Positions 13,401 through 26,620 of a stretch of DNA of 64,000 nucleotides are shown piece after piece. The notes under the pieces were generated by a model, which saw nothing but the letters and a program-made list of their open reading frames with translations, was not told the origin of the DNA and searched no databases. Source of the stretch: Blasia pusilla (taxonomy: Eukaryota). The translations under genes and the position numbers were made by a program. The stretch lies in contig CM114271.1 of assembly GCA_050084515.1 (NCBI GenBank), positions 41,416,001-41,480,000 on the forward strand, in the 5' to 3' direction. Each line of letters starts with the position of its first letter. Positions within the stretch are counted from its first letter, which is position 1.

Positions 13401-16282
13401 GATTTCGGAAGAGATATTATAAGATATGGAAGTTATCACATTGGCAAGAAATGTACAATTTGTTTGATTTGCTTATATTTATCTCGAGGTACTTAAGGGA
13501 TAATATATACCCCTTCATAAGATGATGGGAATAATCAAATTTTAGTTAAATAGCTTATATATTTTGCAATAGTCTAGTTATGGATTGTACATTTTGGCTT
13601 ATATTATTTTGACATATGCTTTAAAAGTTATTTAAAATACTATAGAAGAAATGTGTTGACATTATCACTATTGGTAGTTTGATCAATTTGAAATTTCTTA
13701 TATTACCATAAATTTTGATCTGAAAACTCATGATTTGAATGCATAAAAATTCTCTATAGATACAAGTTATCATATTTTCTAGATTGTGTGGTAATTATCT
13801 TAATATTTACAATCTCACATAAGATTATACATCTACATTCTCAAATTAGGGGTAAGAAAGTTTATTGTATACATATGTTGATGGATTGCATAACAAGGGA
13901 TTGAATGCTCTTTATTATTTCAAAATATATTTTTAGAAAATATTTCCATAGCCTTACATGATCATTTTAGAGATAATAATATCATTTTTGCAATAATAAT
14001 GCTTAATCCCTTATAAATGTTTTATAATTCTCCTGCGAAATTCCAATGTTGCAAGAGTCCAATGTGTTAATATAGATGTATGTAAGAGAGTATTTTATGT
14101 TTAGAATATGATCAAGAGTAATTCTAGTACTAGGCTCGATACACAATACCTAAATATAGTCAATAGGATTAGTTTGGAGGGTTCTTCTACTACTTGTGGG
14201 AATATGCTGGATTAGTTTGTGATTTTGTGAAGAACATTTGCCAATATAAGATACTTGTTTTTCAATCTTGACATATACGTTTTTTCTCAGTATAGGCGAG
14301 AGACTTTGGACTTAAATGCTTAAAGCTCTGTTTGGTCTTTTTGGTCGTAGGAACTTTTTTGGAAAAAAGACCTCTCCCATGTAGATGTAGAATATCTTCA
14401 AACATATTAAGAGTTATTTTCATCTACTTTATAAATCGATCTTGTAGAGGTTGTAACCCTAATACTTTTGAACTTTGGAGCTCCAAGTATTCTCGAGGAG
14501 TTAGATCCTTGACTCCCAACTAGTGGGGAGGCTTGGCCACATTCGACTTATGCCAAGGATTGGATTGTTTAGACTAGGAAAATGTCAAGAGAATAGGAGA
14601 GGAAAGAGAAGGAAGAAAGATTGGAGTAAACAAAATGTAGAAATATATCTGAAAGTAAAATATGAAATAGAGGGACATGTGGAAGTTAATTTGCACATTA
14701 AAAAAATTACTGCAATTTTTTTTAATTCTTTAAAAAAAATCAACAAAGAGAGGACAAAAATCTCATATTCTTTAAACTCACTAATTAGGAAAGCCAACCC
14801 ATTAGAATGCAAGTTGCAATTTTAAAATTTTATGGTCACATCCGACCATACATCCTAAAGATCTGATGCAATATCCCAATCTTAAAAAACTATCCATTAG
14901 ATTTATGTTACAAGAGTACGATAACTTTTGATTTAAAAAAAGAATAAGTTAATTACACATGTAAGAAAATTTACGTTATTCTAAACAAATGATTCTGTGT
15001 TTAGGGATGTACATATCTTTATGATTGTTGCAAACCCCTCCCTCGAGTTTTGATAGTGCATTTCTCGGTGTGTCATTTTGAACCTATTTGATTTTCATAC
15101 ATATATGTAATTTCAACAAAATTTCAAACATTTTAAATTTATTTTTTTCAAATGTATCTCATTTCATATCGGTTATGTTAGTTTTCACATTTGTGAGTGT
15201 AAATTTTTTTGCATTATATTATATTATATGCAGCATTGATTATATATTAAACATGCAGTTTGTAACATTACTGGTAAAAAATAAAACCTCGCTTTCAAAA
15301 AATGCTTGTATATTTTAGTCGTCTTCACGCTATGTGCACGGGAGAGCATTCTAATAAGGATGGAATAAGAAACCATTCGTTTTACACGTAATTCAAACCC
15401 ATTTAAAGGGAAAAATAATTTGACATGTGGCTCAATTATTGTTACCCCATTATTTGCATTTAGTACATTTTATATATAGGATATAACAAAGAGAAATCAC
15501 GAATACCACCTTTGTGATGGTATTTGTCAACAGAAAGGACGAATGAAATCTTAAATGTAATGGCTCGTAATTGGACAAACTAAGGACTATTATACACTCA
15601 ACTCCCATGTGTTTGGATTAATGCAAGAACCTAGAACTCGTGATGTTTCCTATAATCCACATGTGAGGGTTAGACGGATCGTTTTTTGTCCTCAATTTGA
15701 ATAAACTTGGTTTCGTCCACCTAATGTTGACAATAATGAGTTCAACATAAATTAATTCTATAATGGATTCACCTTTGGAGACCGATAATAACGGATATTG
15801 GGACATTCCATGAGTGACAAAATTTTATAGCACCTCTAGGCATTTGGACAAATGACGATAATTTGGAGTAGCCCGCGAGCTCGACAAATATTTTTTGTGG
15901 TTTTTTCAAATATGATGAATATTTTGTAAGTTTTTTCTTCTAGAATTATGAATAAATATACCTTAGAATGCGTTCAACGAATAATTATATAAGGAATAAC
16001 TATATGATGCCCAAATTACAATAGAGTAGTCACAAATAAAAAATATCTCTTGGAAAATAACCAATCATAATGAGATAAATAAATATAAAATTTCCACCGA
16101 TGGTCTCGTATAACTATAGGAGCACAATAGGACATCCTAAATGAAGTCAGTACGAGACTTATATTTTATTTTGTAAAACTCATTTTCCTTGTAGGATTTG
16201 TCTTTGAACCACCATGTGGACCTTTACCATCTTGTGTTTGGCGTATATATTTACCATAAACCTTAGTCACAAACATCTAAGC

Positions 16283-16287
<5 letters not shown>

Positions 16288-16340
<53 letters not shown>
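16288..16340. repeat. (AT)n microsatellite
   Basis: Pure AT dinucleotide run. Confidence 0.98.
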
Positions 16341-16342
<2 letters not shown>

Positions 16343-16599
16343 TGCATCATTTATGTGTTTGATAGGGTCTATGGCTAGCTTTGCTCCTTAATAGGGTTTA
16401 GGGTAAAAAAAAAAATTTTGTTTTTAAGTGTTATTTGGTTGAGATTGCATAACACGCAACAAAATTTCTCGTTGCCATCCTCAAGAAAATACTTTAGAAA
16501 TGTATCATAATAAGTATATAAATTGACTTCTCTCTCTGTCTCTGTCTCTCTCTCTTCCAAAATTTGTTGATATGCATGGTCACAAAGCTATGATAAATT

Positions 16600-19500
16600 G
16601 GTTGTTACTAACCAAACTATATCCCCTCCAAAAAACTTTACATCTCAATGATGACATATTATTTTTGTCAATTTTGAGCAATAGTCGACTTCTTCTTAGC
16701 AAGTTAAACTCTCTTTTGAATATGATTCATAACTCCTTTACTATTGTTATCTTTGTAAACTTCATTAGAAGTTCCCCTATTCGGATAAGACTATAAGAGA
16801 TCAAATGATGCTTGCTATACATTAAACAGACGATGTTGTCTTAATGGAATTTTTTGGGGGTTTATTATGCAATAACTCCACAAATGATAACAATCAGTCT
16901 TATCCTTATCGATCCTCGAATGTTAAGGCACATAACATATCATGAATGATATGGATGGCTCTATTAATCTGCCTATTGGTTTGAGGGTGATAAGTACTAG
17001 ACACAACTAGTTTAGTTTAGAGCAATCCAAACAAGGCATTCTAAATAAAATTTTGAAGTGGATTCCTCTATCAATAATAAGTATTCTAGTAAGACCATGA
17101 TGAACCGGAATTATCTTGATAAAGATCCTAGCCAATTTAATATGTTCAACATTTTCTTGGTCATATGAAGGTATATCATCTTGCTTAGTCTATCCAAAAA
17201 GACCACAATAGAATTATATTTCATAATCGTATATAGTAGCTCACAAACAAGATCCATAATCAATTATTCCCAATATTAATGAGGTGATACGATGCATCCC
17301 ATTACCTCATTAAGTAACAATCATGCTAATTTTATATTATTTTCCACAACTCGTTGATAAATTAGATAACTCCTTATGTATGCGTTAGCATCTTCCCTTA
17401 TTTTGGGCCAATAGTATGCCCATTATAATCCCTCCAAGGTTTTTCCAACCTCCACATGACCTACAATAATTATGTCGTGAGCATCGAATAATACTTGAAT
17501 ATATAAGTATGGATCTTGTGGGATCCATACTTTATTATTGTGGAAAACCAATTATTTTTCCTTATGTGTTTTATTGGCCTAACTAATAACTTAAATTTCT
17601 TTATCTTCCTTTGTTGCTTTGGTCAACGTTTTTCGGTTTGTAGAGTGAATTTGCTTTTCAGACATGTTATTTATATGCAATCAATCAGTAAAGATACGTC
17701 CTTCAATTACTTTTTCCCTTTAACATAGATAATCTTTGAGATGAGATATTATCTCTATTCTGCGTATAAAATTTGGTATTTTGAGAGCTCTTGTTGGGGC
17801 TATAAGTAGACTAAGGGATTATGATTAATCTTAACTATCAAGTCTATTATCCAAAAAATATTTTGTATGTTTGGTTGTTAATACAATAAGAAACTCTTCT
17901 CTTATATTTGCGAGGTAGTTTTGTCCCGTCGGCAACAACTTGCAAGAAAAGAAGATAATCTAGTAGCATCCATCCTCTCATTTTTGTAGTAGTACACTTC
18001 CACTAGTAGTACTTGATGTGTCTGTGGCTAACTTAATAAGGTAATTGTGATCATACCACCTTAAAATAGGGATATTGATCAAGATATTCTTTATTGATTG
18101 GAAAGTAATCATTTGTGATGTATCCTAAATTCAATTTCTTTTCCCTAATACAGTTGTCAAGGATTGTGCAATGGGAGAATAACTTTTGATAAATCTTTGA
18201 AGGAATCCTACAAATCCTAAAAAAACTCCTCGATTGAGTGTGATCCATAGTTGTACTCTATTTTTTGATCATTTATGTCTTCTTAGTCGTTAATTAGATG
18301 TCTTCTAGGCTTACTCAAGGTCGTAAGTAATAAACTTATATATTATCCAACTCAAAATTTGAAGTTTTAGCATATAACTAAATTTTTCGTAGAATTTAAA
18401 GGGCTTCTAGTAGATGATTTTTATGTTTCTTTCTAGTTTTACTATAGACCAAAATATCATATAAGAATACAATGATAGTTCTAGATAAATATGGATAGAA
18501 GATATGATTCATTAGGCTCATTATTGATATAGGCTCATTAGTAAGACCAGATGATGCATATGACTAAGTATTCGAAGTATCCATATCTAATACGAAAAGT
18601 AATATTGGACACATATTTAACCACAATTTGAATTTGGTGGTAGCCATCCCTTAGATCAAGCTTGGTGAAATATTTTCTCTTTGTAGTTGAACAAAGAAGT
18701 AATCAATTTTTGGCAATTGATATTTATTCTTTATAATTTTCTTATATAATGTTGGGTAGTCAATATAGATTTTCATGCTTCCCATCCTTGTTTTTTTATG
18801 AAAATAATGATTGGATGAAAATTTTCCATAACATCTTGTCTAATTGGGCTTTACACTCTTAAAACTTCCTTTAAGCCAAATGATAAAGAACCTTACATGG
18901 TAGCATAGTTATTGGAAGGACATCAATCTTATGGTCTACCATCCGTTTGGGGATAACTTTAATGGTCACTCTACTAAGAACATATCCTGATACTCTTCCA
19001 ATACATGTCTCAATTTATTTGGTACTATTAATTTCAATTTGGTTTTGAACCGCCAACGTCTCTTATTAAATCAAGGAAACATACAACTTGATGTTTGATG
19101 AAAATTATAGTGGGGTTATAACACATGATCTAACTCTATATCCATAAAGCTTCCATCTTTGGGTCTTTAAAAAAATTGTTCTCTAATATAATTTTGGATT
19201 ATGCATGTACGATTATATCTAAGGCATCCCCAAGATAACATGCACATCGAATAACTTTTAACTCTAACTCTTCATGATACTTTCCTATCCTCAATTTTAT
19301 ACTTTGAGAAAACTTGTGAATTTCATGTTTGGAAATTCAACCTCTTTGTTTTGATCCCTATTTAAAACTTAGCCTAACTTCATGGTTATGGCTTGTGAAA
19401 AGAAGTTTTTGTTGCATTAAGATCAATCAACATTCTAACTTAAGATCCTTCTACTTTCCCATCTATGATAATAACACGAATTTCTTACCTCTTCAAAGCA
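16600..19500 (-). mobile_element. Highly degenerate Ty3/Gypsy pol relic
   Basis: Minus-strand motifs YQDMF..PKRMVDHKID (~18990-18920), RT LDLRDGYHQIQI (~18660-18625), GLTNEP (~18548-18531) and integrase Zn region GHVEVGKTL...YYWP (~17461-17405). Order is RT then INT. Confidence 0.75.
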
Positions 19501-19799
19501 TTAAACTCCATATGTTTGTGTTAATAAACCTTGATGAAATTGAAAGACTACATATGAAAAAAGAACATAAGCTTAATTGGGGAAATTTTTTGAATGGATT
19601 TAATCATGGATATAAAGTGAAAGAACCATGTTTAATATGCATATCGTACTCTATTAAAAGGGATCTATTTCCAATTTATAATCATAAGTAGATAGATAGA
19701 GTTATGGTAAATGATACATAAATCAAGTCCGTGGGATCCAAGGCAAAAAAATACATTATAAGTAACACACCAAATGAGGAGAATACCATAAAGGCCTCA

Positions 19800-20200
19800 T
19801 CCTAGCCTATGCGCAGAGCATTATTGCAATGAATAATGATGTCCCTAATATAACGACCTAAATCATAAGGCAGTAGTAAAGAATAAAAATTCCCCGCATC
19901 AATTTTCTGAGCTAGTCTAATTGTTTCATATATAGGACATATAAAAAACACGTGTTTGTCATCCTTAATACTTCTTACGTTACATAACCTACACAATCAT
20001 TTGCTTTTATCAATGTGCCATTGTCCTTCCTTGATGCTTAGTCTATGAGACCCACTGCGTTGTTGTGCAATAATATGATGTAAGAAAGTGAAGATTCCCT
20101 AAAGTATATATTCTTGTTCATAATATACAAGCATAGGATTAATATGAAATTTATAATAATCCATTTTCGTGTTCGGGATGCTCCAAAGAATGGTAAGGAA
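19800..20200 (-). mobile_element. 3' fragment of a non-LTR (LINE) retrotransposon
   Basis: QRSGSHRLSIKEGQW followed by CCHC knuckle CRLCNVRSIKDDKHVFFICPIY, typical of LINE ORF2 C-termini. Confidence 0.7.
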
Positions 20201-20863
20201 TCGCTTTTGTAGATGCTGATGGAGCGCCGCCGGTTTCAAGTCTCAATCTCGTTCAGTCACATCCCACTTTAAAGACTAGGTCACCATGCTTGTTAGATTC
20301 GAAAGCGCAACCCCTGATGTTGGGGAAGGTACGTGGCGTTTATATGATTGGGTCTAACGAGTTGGAGGAGCAATGTTGTACTTGATGGGGTTTGCCCTGG
20401 ATTCCCCGGAGGAGTCAACGTGTTACGGACCAAAATGGCAGTTAGGTGATGGGTGTCTTAGCTTGTTACCCATTCAATTAACAAATGGAGTGATCTAGTG
20501 ACGGCTAGGAGAGATGGCGATGCTAGCAACATTCAGTAGCACCATCACTTGGCATGATGATTTGATTGAGGGACATGTTAATGTAGAAGACACACCCATG
20601 ATTGACACCCCTGTGGAGAGGAGTATTATGATATATAGCAACATCATTCTAGAGGAGAGGTACTTTTGTAAGGCTCGAGTGAGGAGCTTGGACGCTTGGT
20701 TGATGGGCACATGTGGATGGCCTGGAATGAGGAATTGCACCATAGCGTGATGGGTGAGTGAAACTCGGAGTGCTACGATGTCGTAATTGGACACCAGAGC
20801 CATTGTGTGGTGCATCTTAGAGAAGGGTATTTGAGGGCATATGACTTAGATTGGGCAGGGAGC

Positions 20864-21528
20864 ATCAATTTAGTCATTTCAAGTTGGCCATGTTAAGGCC
20901 AATCGAGTGTTAGACGGGGTAGTGGGTTAGTTGCTACTCAATCTAGGCTATTTTGGGAGATTATGAGGATCTTGCGGGAACATGAGTCTCGTTCTCTAGC
21001 TTACATATTGGAGAATGTTCATATCTTGGGCGATTTTTGGTCACGACTGCACATCAGGTGCCTGCATGGATCAACCATGTAGTATTTTTGGATATGACGA
21101 ACGTAGGTTCACGAGCACATCGCCCACGTTTATGGTGGATCAACTTGGTGTCACACGAGGTGTTGAAGAGCGTATATGCGAGAGTGGAGTGTTCCTCCTA
21201 TTTGTAGGTGGACTATATTCTAGATCATGGTCATTGATCATAGGAAGTGAGGCACAATGATCAACCGCCATTGACTATGATGAACAAGATAGGCATTTCA
21301 GGGTTAGCCTTTCCCACTTGTGTGAGTTTCCTCACTTCCTATACATATAAGGAGGCTGATCTTGGCTTGGTTTGGGATGACCAGACACATCGGTTAGTGG
21401 AGCCGAATGCCAATGAGCAAAAGTGGGAGAGGAGATTTCCCATAGAGGAATCCCGATGCCATGTCGTGGGTCAAGCAATGGACCTAAACTATTTGACATG
21501 GATTATCAACTTAGGTGTATATGGGTAA
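20864..21528 (+). pseudogene. DNMT3-like cytosine-5 methyltransferase domain inside Gypsy pol (motifs IV, VI, VIII, IX/X)
   Basis: INLVISSWPC*GQS..G.GL...S.LFWE (motif IV; PC at 20888-20893, CAA>TAA), YILENV (21002-21019), VFLD..VGSRAHRPRLWWINL (21082-21147), EPNANE..R..VGQAMD (to 21483). Confidence 0.88.
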
Positions 21529-21802
21529 TGTCGGAAGAGGCTACGACATGCCACAGTTGTTGCATTGGTGAGCCCCATGGATACCGAGATGATATAGGAA
21601 ATGGTTGGGGGCGAGATATGGAGAGCTCAACATATTATGGGTGATAGGGAGAGAAATCTTTGGAATTCTCGCAATGTTTTGCAGGTACGCGGAGATGGCA
21701 ACAACAATATTGAGCGTGCTACAGGGTCCTACACACCGAGGAGATAAGAGTGTTGAGATGGCTGTAGGGGAGTAGTTGAGTTCTATTGTTGGAGATGGGA
21801 TT

Positions 21803-22450
21803 TGTCGTGCGCATACACATCGCTACACAACATACATCGCTGTCACCGGACACACACATAAACACGCACAATCCCATGCTAACTCATGGCATCCATACAC
21901 AAAGGTGAGAAGCGAGAATCTTACTTTAATCTCCAATTAAAGTAAGATCCAAACTCTCTCTACATCATCTCACACCATAGCTCTCAAAGGTGTGCACTCT
22001 CTCTCATGTCAAACCAAACCCACTCTCCTAATGAGAGGCTTGGATTACACTCACAAGGCAAGGGACCATAGCTCCGCCGCCTCATGCCAAGAGGTTCAAC
22101 AAAGAGAGAATGAACTCTCAAGCTCTCTCTCCTTGAGGTATACCCCTCCCCTCTCCCAAGCTCTCTCCATGGTAACCTATTCTCCCAAGTCATCTTCTTG
22201 GATCTTGACCTGCTATAGGAGGTCAAGGGCCACTTACAGAAATAGAAAGTTGATTGTATACTCAAAATGGTACTTGCCTAAAATAATAAGTTCTTCAATA
22301 TGGCTCCAAATGAGCCGAAACGAAGGGGAAACCTGCTCTCTCAAGTTTATCGGGACTTCAACATGTCATCCTTGACCTACTGAGCATGTCCTCCGCTACT
22401 AACAAAGGCGCTGTACTAGATCTCATCGATCTATCCTAAGAGACGTGACA
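21803..22450 (-). mobile_element. Solo LTR (TGT...ACA, 648 bp) inserted antisense into Gypsy copy 1
   Basis: Termini tgtcg.../...gtgaca. Flanks gatt|...|ggtt are a 4-bp TSD with one mismatch and restore the frame gat ggg gtt gca cca. Reverse complement closely matches 47355-47820 and more weakly 25813-26230. Confidence 0.85.
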
Positions 22451-25363
22451 GGTTGCACCATACATATACAATAGTCACGATGGAGTAGGAGCCAAGTATG
22501 GATCCTAAGTTGACATGAGGAGATCGATATTGGATATACCAATTCTGATCTTTAAGAGACATGTGAGTTGTTTTGTATTTAATATTCATGATTTGGATAT
22601 GTTGAAGGGTTTGACCGTGGATCCGTTATGAGTTATCTAGCGACACGCCGATCTTGAACGATTCTACATATTATTGATATGGAAAGGGCCCTGATTCAGA
22701 GCAAGAGCCAAAACTTGGCTGGAGCAGCTAAAACTAGTGGAGATGTTGCATGGAGAGTATGTTTGTGCCACTATTCTGCTTGCCAAGAAGGATGTGCTTG
22801 GCAATCAGAAAAATATTTCAATTGGATGTATGGGTCTACCGACCTATCAATTGGTAGACGAAGTTTGATAGGTATGCCATGCCCACTCTTGAGGAGATCT
22901 TTTATGCTATGCGACATGCAAAGATCTTCACTTCATTAGATCTTCGAGGTAGATACCATTAGTTGCCTATCAGATTGGAGGACAAACAAAAGACAATATT
23001 TTGGGGCATCGATCCAAATAAGAAGGATTTTTTGTACTAGTGGCGATTCTTAACATTTGGGTTAAAGAACATCACGACAGAGTTTCCGAGGGTTGTGGAT
23101 AGGATCTTGATAGGTCTGGATTTTGCTAGGAGTTATATTGATGACATCATAATCTTTAGCACCACAATTGAGGAACATCAACAACATTTGGAGAAGATAT
23201 TTCGACGATTGCAGTAACATGGGCTGAAGCTATATCCGCGCAAGTGCAAGTTCTTATATGACCTGATTGAGTACTTGGATCATATAGTATACCGATGTGC
23301 CATTGGGGTTTAATAGATGAAGGTAGAGGCTATCTCACACATTCCATGCCCTACAGATGTAAGTCGAGTTCATGCATTTATGGGTTTGGAAATAACTTAC
23401 AAATTGCACGTCAAGGTTTTTAATTTGATTGTGAAGCCACTAACCTTATTGATCGAGGTGGATCATGAGTGGCACGAGGGGGATGAGCAAGAGAGAGCAT
23501 TTCAATTGCTCAAGGACAGGTTGACGTCCGCACCCATACCGGGAGACCTAGCATTGTTAGAGGATGTCCTTTTTAGCTGCATCTAGATTGGAGTATGCTG
23601 AGGCTTGGAGAAGGCTACCATCCAACATGATGATGAGGGTAGAGAGTTTGTAGTGGCTTACGCTCCTCGCTCAAAAAATGGTGTAGAGGAAAAGTATAGG
23701 TGGTATGAGTGTGAGTGCTTGGTTGTAGTGTCGACTATCACATATTTCACATGTTACTTATTCGACAACCGCTTTAATATCATTATTGATCACCAATCAC
23801 TTAAGTGGTTGATGGAGTTTGAAAAACTTACGGGGAAGCTTGCGAGGTGGGCTCTCTTATTGCAAGAATATGACTTTCATATGGTACATCAACCTGGGAT
23901 GCTTAACCAGGATGGAGGTGATTTGACATGTAATCCATGCGTGAGTCAAGGAGATGCGATTGGAGATTTTAGGCATGGAGGGAGTAATGGGGAGGAAATG
24001 ATATCGGGATGACACGCGTGAACATATTTGGGCTTGTTGGCTATGGAGGGCAAAAGTGTTGAGATTTCAATGGTGAGGTTTGATGGAGAGCCATAAAATC
24101 CAAAGGACGATGAGGAGACGACAAATGCTCAAGATATTTACGAGGATGGACTAGTCTTGGAGTACATACGTACTAGCAGCGTTGCAAGCATCGTGGATGC
24201 TAGAGAGCGAGATTGGATTCTATAGGGAGCCAAATGGTTCCTGTGGGAGAGGACGTATGTGTTGCAAGTGCGGGAGGATGATAGAGTACATGTAGTGCCT
24301 CATGCTTTGTAAAGAGCACGTTTGGTGTAACATCCCTATGAGGAAATTTGGTCAATTTGGAATGAAGCGGACTTACAACTTGCTCCAAATATAATATTGG
24401 TGGCGAGGTATGCAGACTCATGCTAGATGCATGGTATGTGATCAAGTTCGGACATAATTCAATGCTCCGACTCCACACTTATATCCACTATTGATCATGG
24501 ATTTAAGTTATAGATGAATTTTGGATTTTGCATGACCTTAACGTTTGATGGAGTGCCATAGTCATTATGTGCTGGTGATGGTTAAGCACTTCTTGAAGTG
24601 CTTAGAGTTGGTTGTATTGTTTGATAAAGAAAGTGACGGGATAGTATATGCCTTCTTAGATGGAGTGTTGAGTCATTGTGGCGGATCAACTATGGTGTCG
24701 ACAAACCATAGTTTCGCAAGGAGTTTCAAGCCTTGTGTGATGAGGTGCTGATCAACCATCACACTACTTTACCAGATTATCTTGAGGCGGATGGACTAGG
24801 GAAGAGAGTTGTCCAGACAATGAAGAGAAGTTTACGCAAACATGGCTTGCATAAAGGTCACCTAGGAGATTGGGACCTACAATTTCCAGGTTGGAGATGG
24901 GATACAAATTCAGCAAGCAAACATCCTTAGTGTCTTTCTTGGTTTTGTTGCTTTATGGTCGAGAACCTGATTTACTTGCGGCCATTCATCGCCATGCGAG
25001 TGAGGTGTTTAACCTCGATGACCTCGATATATAGATGCGAGCATGTTCTCAAAGGGTTAATTGTTGTAGAGAGTTATACCCATGGCGTTTGAGAACTTTA
25101 TGATTGCGCATCATCGGGATACTTTGAGGGATGCGAATATTCGAGGAGGTGATTATCAACCGACAATATGGAGATTTCACCAAGGAGACTATGTTTACTT
25201 ACACCATACGGCATCTATGATGTTGGATGTGACCGCATGGTGCATCATCTAGAGAGCGCGAGATATCTTACCATCCGGTATTCTTTTAGGTGCGCCATAT
25301 TACCTTCCTAATATTGATGGTACAGTTGATCCGAGTTGAGCAATGGTTTCTATAGGCTTATGT

Positions 25364-25497
25364 TGCATGTTGTGTGGTTCCGCCCGTGGTGCAGCCAAAA
25401 TTTTAATCTGTGATGGGTGTTTGAGAGGGTGGCAATGGCATGTCTAACGCTACTTCTCACTAGGGTGTCTCGGGGATAATGGATGTGCCCCATATAC
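25364..25497 (+). pseudogene. PHD finger (C4HC3) at the C-terminus of the Gypsy integrase
   Basis: CMLCGSARGAAKILICDGCLRGW[fs]MACLTLLLTRVSRG*WMCP matches PHD spacing CxxC..L.CD.C...H..CL.P.L..VP.G.W.CP; the His codon is lost at the frameshift. Confidence 0.82.
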
Positions 25498-25812
25498 ACA
25501 TAGAGTGAATATTAGGTAGTCATAGATCCAAACTTGTGTCTATGACAAAAAAGAGACTAACGACAGGGCCTCATGAGCACCTGAACTTTTTGCTCTTAGT
25601 GTATTAGAGATGTGTGTCATGGTAGGTAGGGATAGATGGCTATCTGGAGTTAGAGGGACCTTACCACCAACTAGGGGGCGATTTGGAGATATTTTGGTAC
25701 TCGATCCTCTCAATATTTGGATGTTATGAGTTGGCATCGTATCTTTTGTGTTTGTGTATGTATTCAGTGATATCTATGTATGCTGTATAGCGTGTATATG
25801 CACACGATAACT

Positions 25813-26230
25813 ATCACGTCTTTTGGGATGGATGAATGAGTTCATAGTAGGACGCCTTCGAGGATATTGGAGAACATCCTCATGAGGTTAAGGATGACCC
25901 GCTACAGCTTCGCGTAACCTAAGAGAACATGTTTTTCCTTTGTTTTGGCTCATTTGGAGCTATATAGTGTAGCCTACTACTTTGGGTAAATTTTGGTTAA
26001 TAATCATAGTTAAATTTCCACTTTTGGAAGTGTAGATTGATCTCCTCAAGAGTCAAGGAGGTGACATGCAAACATAGGTTAATATGGAGAGAGTTCGGGA
26101 GAGGGAAGGGGTACACCCAAAGAGATAGAGCTTTGCAGCTCATTAACTCTTTGTTGAACCTCTTGGCATGAGGCGGCGAAGTTATGGTCCTCCTTGCCTT
26201 ATGAGTAACCCAAAAGGAGGACCATAGCTA
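25813..26230 (+). mobile_element. Diverged LTR of the same family, directly downstream of Gypsy copy 1
   Basis: Starts tatcacgtctttt (cf. tgtcacgtctttt at 47355) and shares ttggcatgaggcggcg..ttatggtcc and ggctcattt.gagc with the other LTR copies. Confidence 0.75.
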
Positions 26231-26249
26231 TAATTGTTGTTCTTCGTAA

Positions 26250-26620
26250 AAGAAAAAAAAACTTTTGATCAAGAAACCACTACAATGATTTTAGACTTCT
26301 CCATGCTAACATCTATCTCATTCTCCATACAAAACCTTTCTATGTTGTTATGGCATTTTTCGTGTGAAAGCATAATTCTCCAAAAGTCATGTTGATGCAA
26401 TCAAGTGCAGTAATGGTTAATCCACCCTACCAAAAGAAATTGGTAAAGACAAATATCAACATTGGATCTTGCCTTCGATGTACTTAACAATTTGTATTCA
26501 AGTAGATCTCCAAACATTCGTAGAATCCTCTTATGAACATATTGAACCATATTTAAACAAAAAACCATCTTATATCCAATTGATATACCATGATAGGTCA
26601 TCTATGGGATAGGTATCTTA
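26250..26620 (-). mobile_element. Possible Copia RT fragment
   Basis: Weak similarity of QYV..RILRMF and LYQ.LVG to the Copia RT C-terminal region; heavily decayed. Confidence 0.35.

Larger units (their letters stand above)
20200..25810 (+). mobile_element. Ty3/Gypsy LTR retrotransposon relic (copy 1): PR - C5 DNA methyltransferase - RT - RNase H - integrase - PHD finger
   Basis: PR LLDSKAQPLMLG (~20290), DNMT motifs at 20864-21483, RT LDLRGRYH (~22937), FGLKN (~23056) and YIDD (23134-23145). RNase H YECECLVVV/DHQSLKWL (23.7-23.8 kb), integrase core (24.3-24.95 kb), PHD at 25364-25497, PPT-like aggggg at ~25673. Confidence 0.9.

Noticed and set aside
13521-13545. DGNNQI peptide resembling a MULE transposase motif
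   Set aside because: Isolated hexapeptide; no other motifs recoverable nearby.
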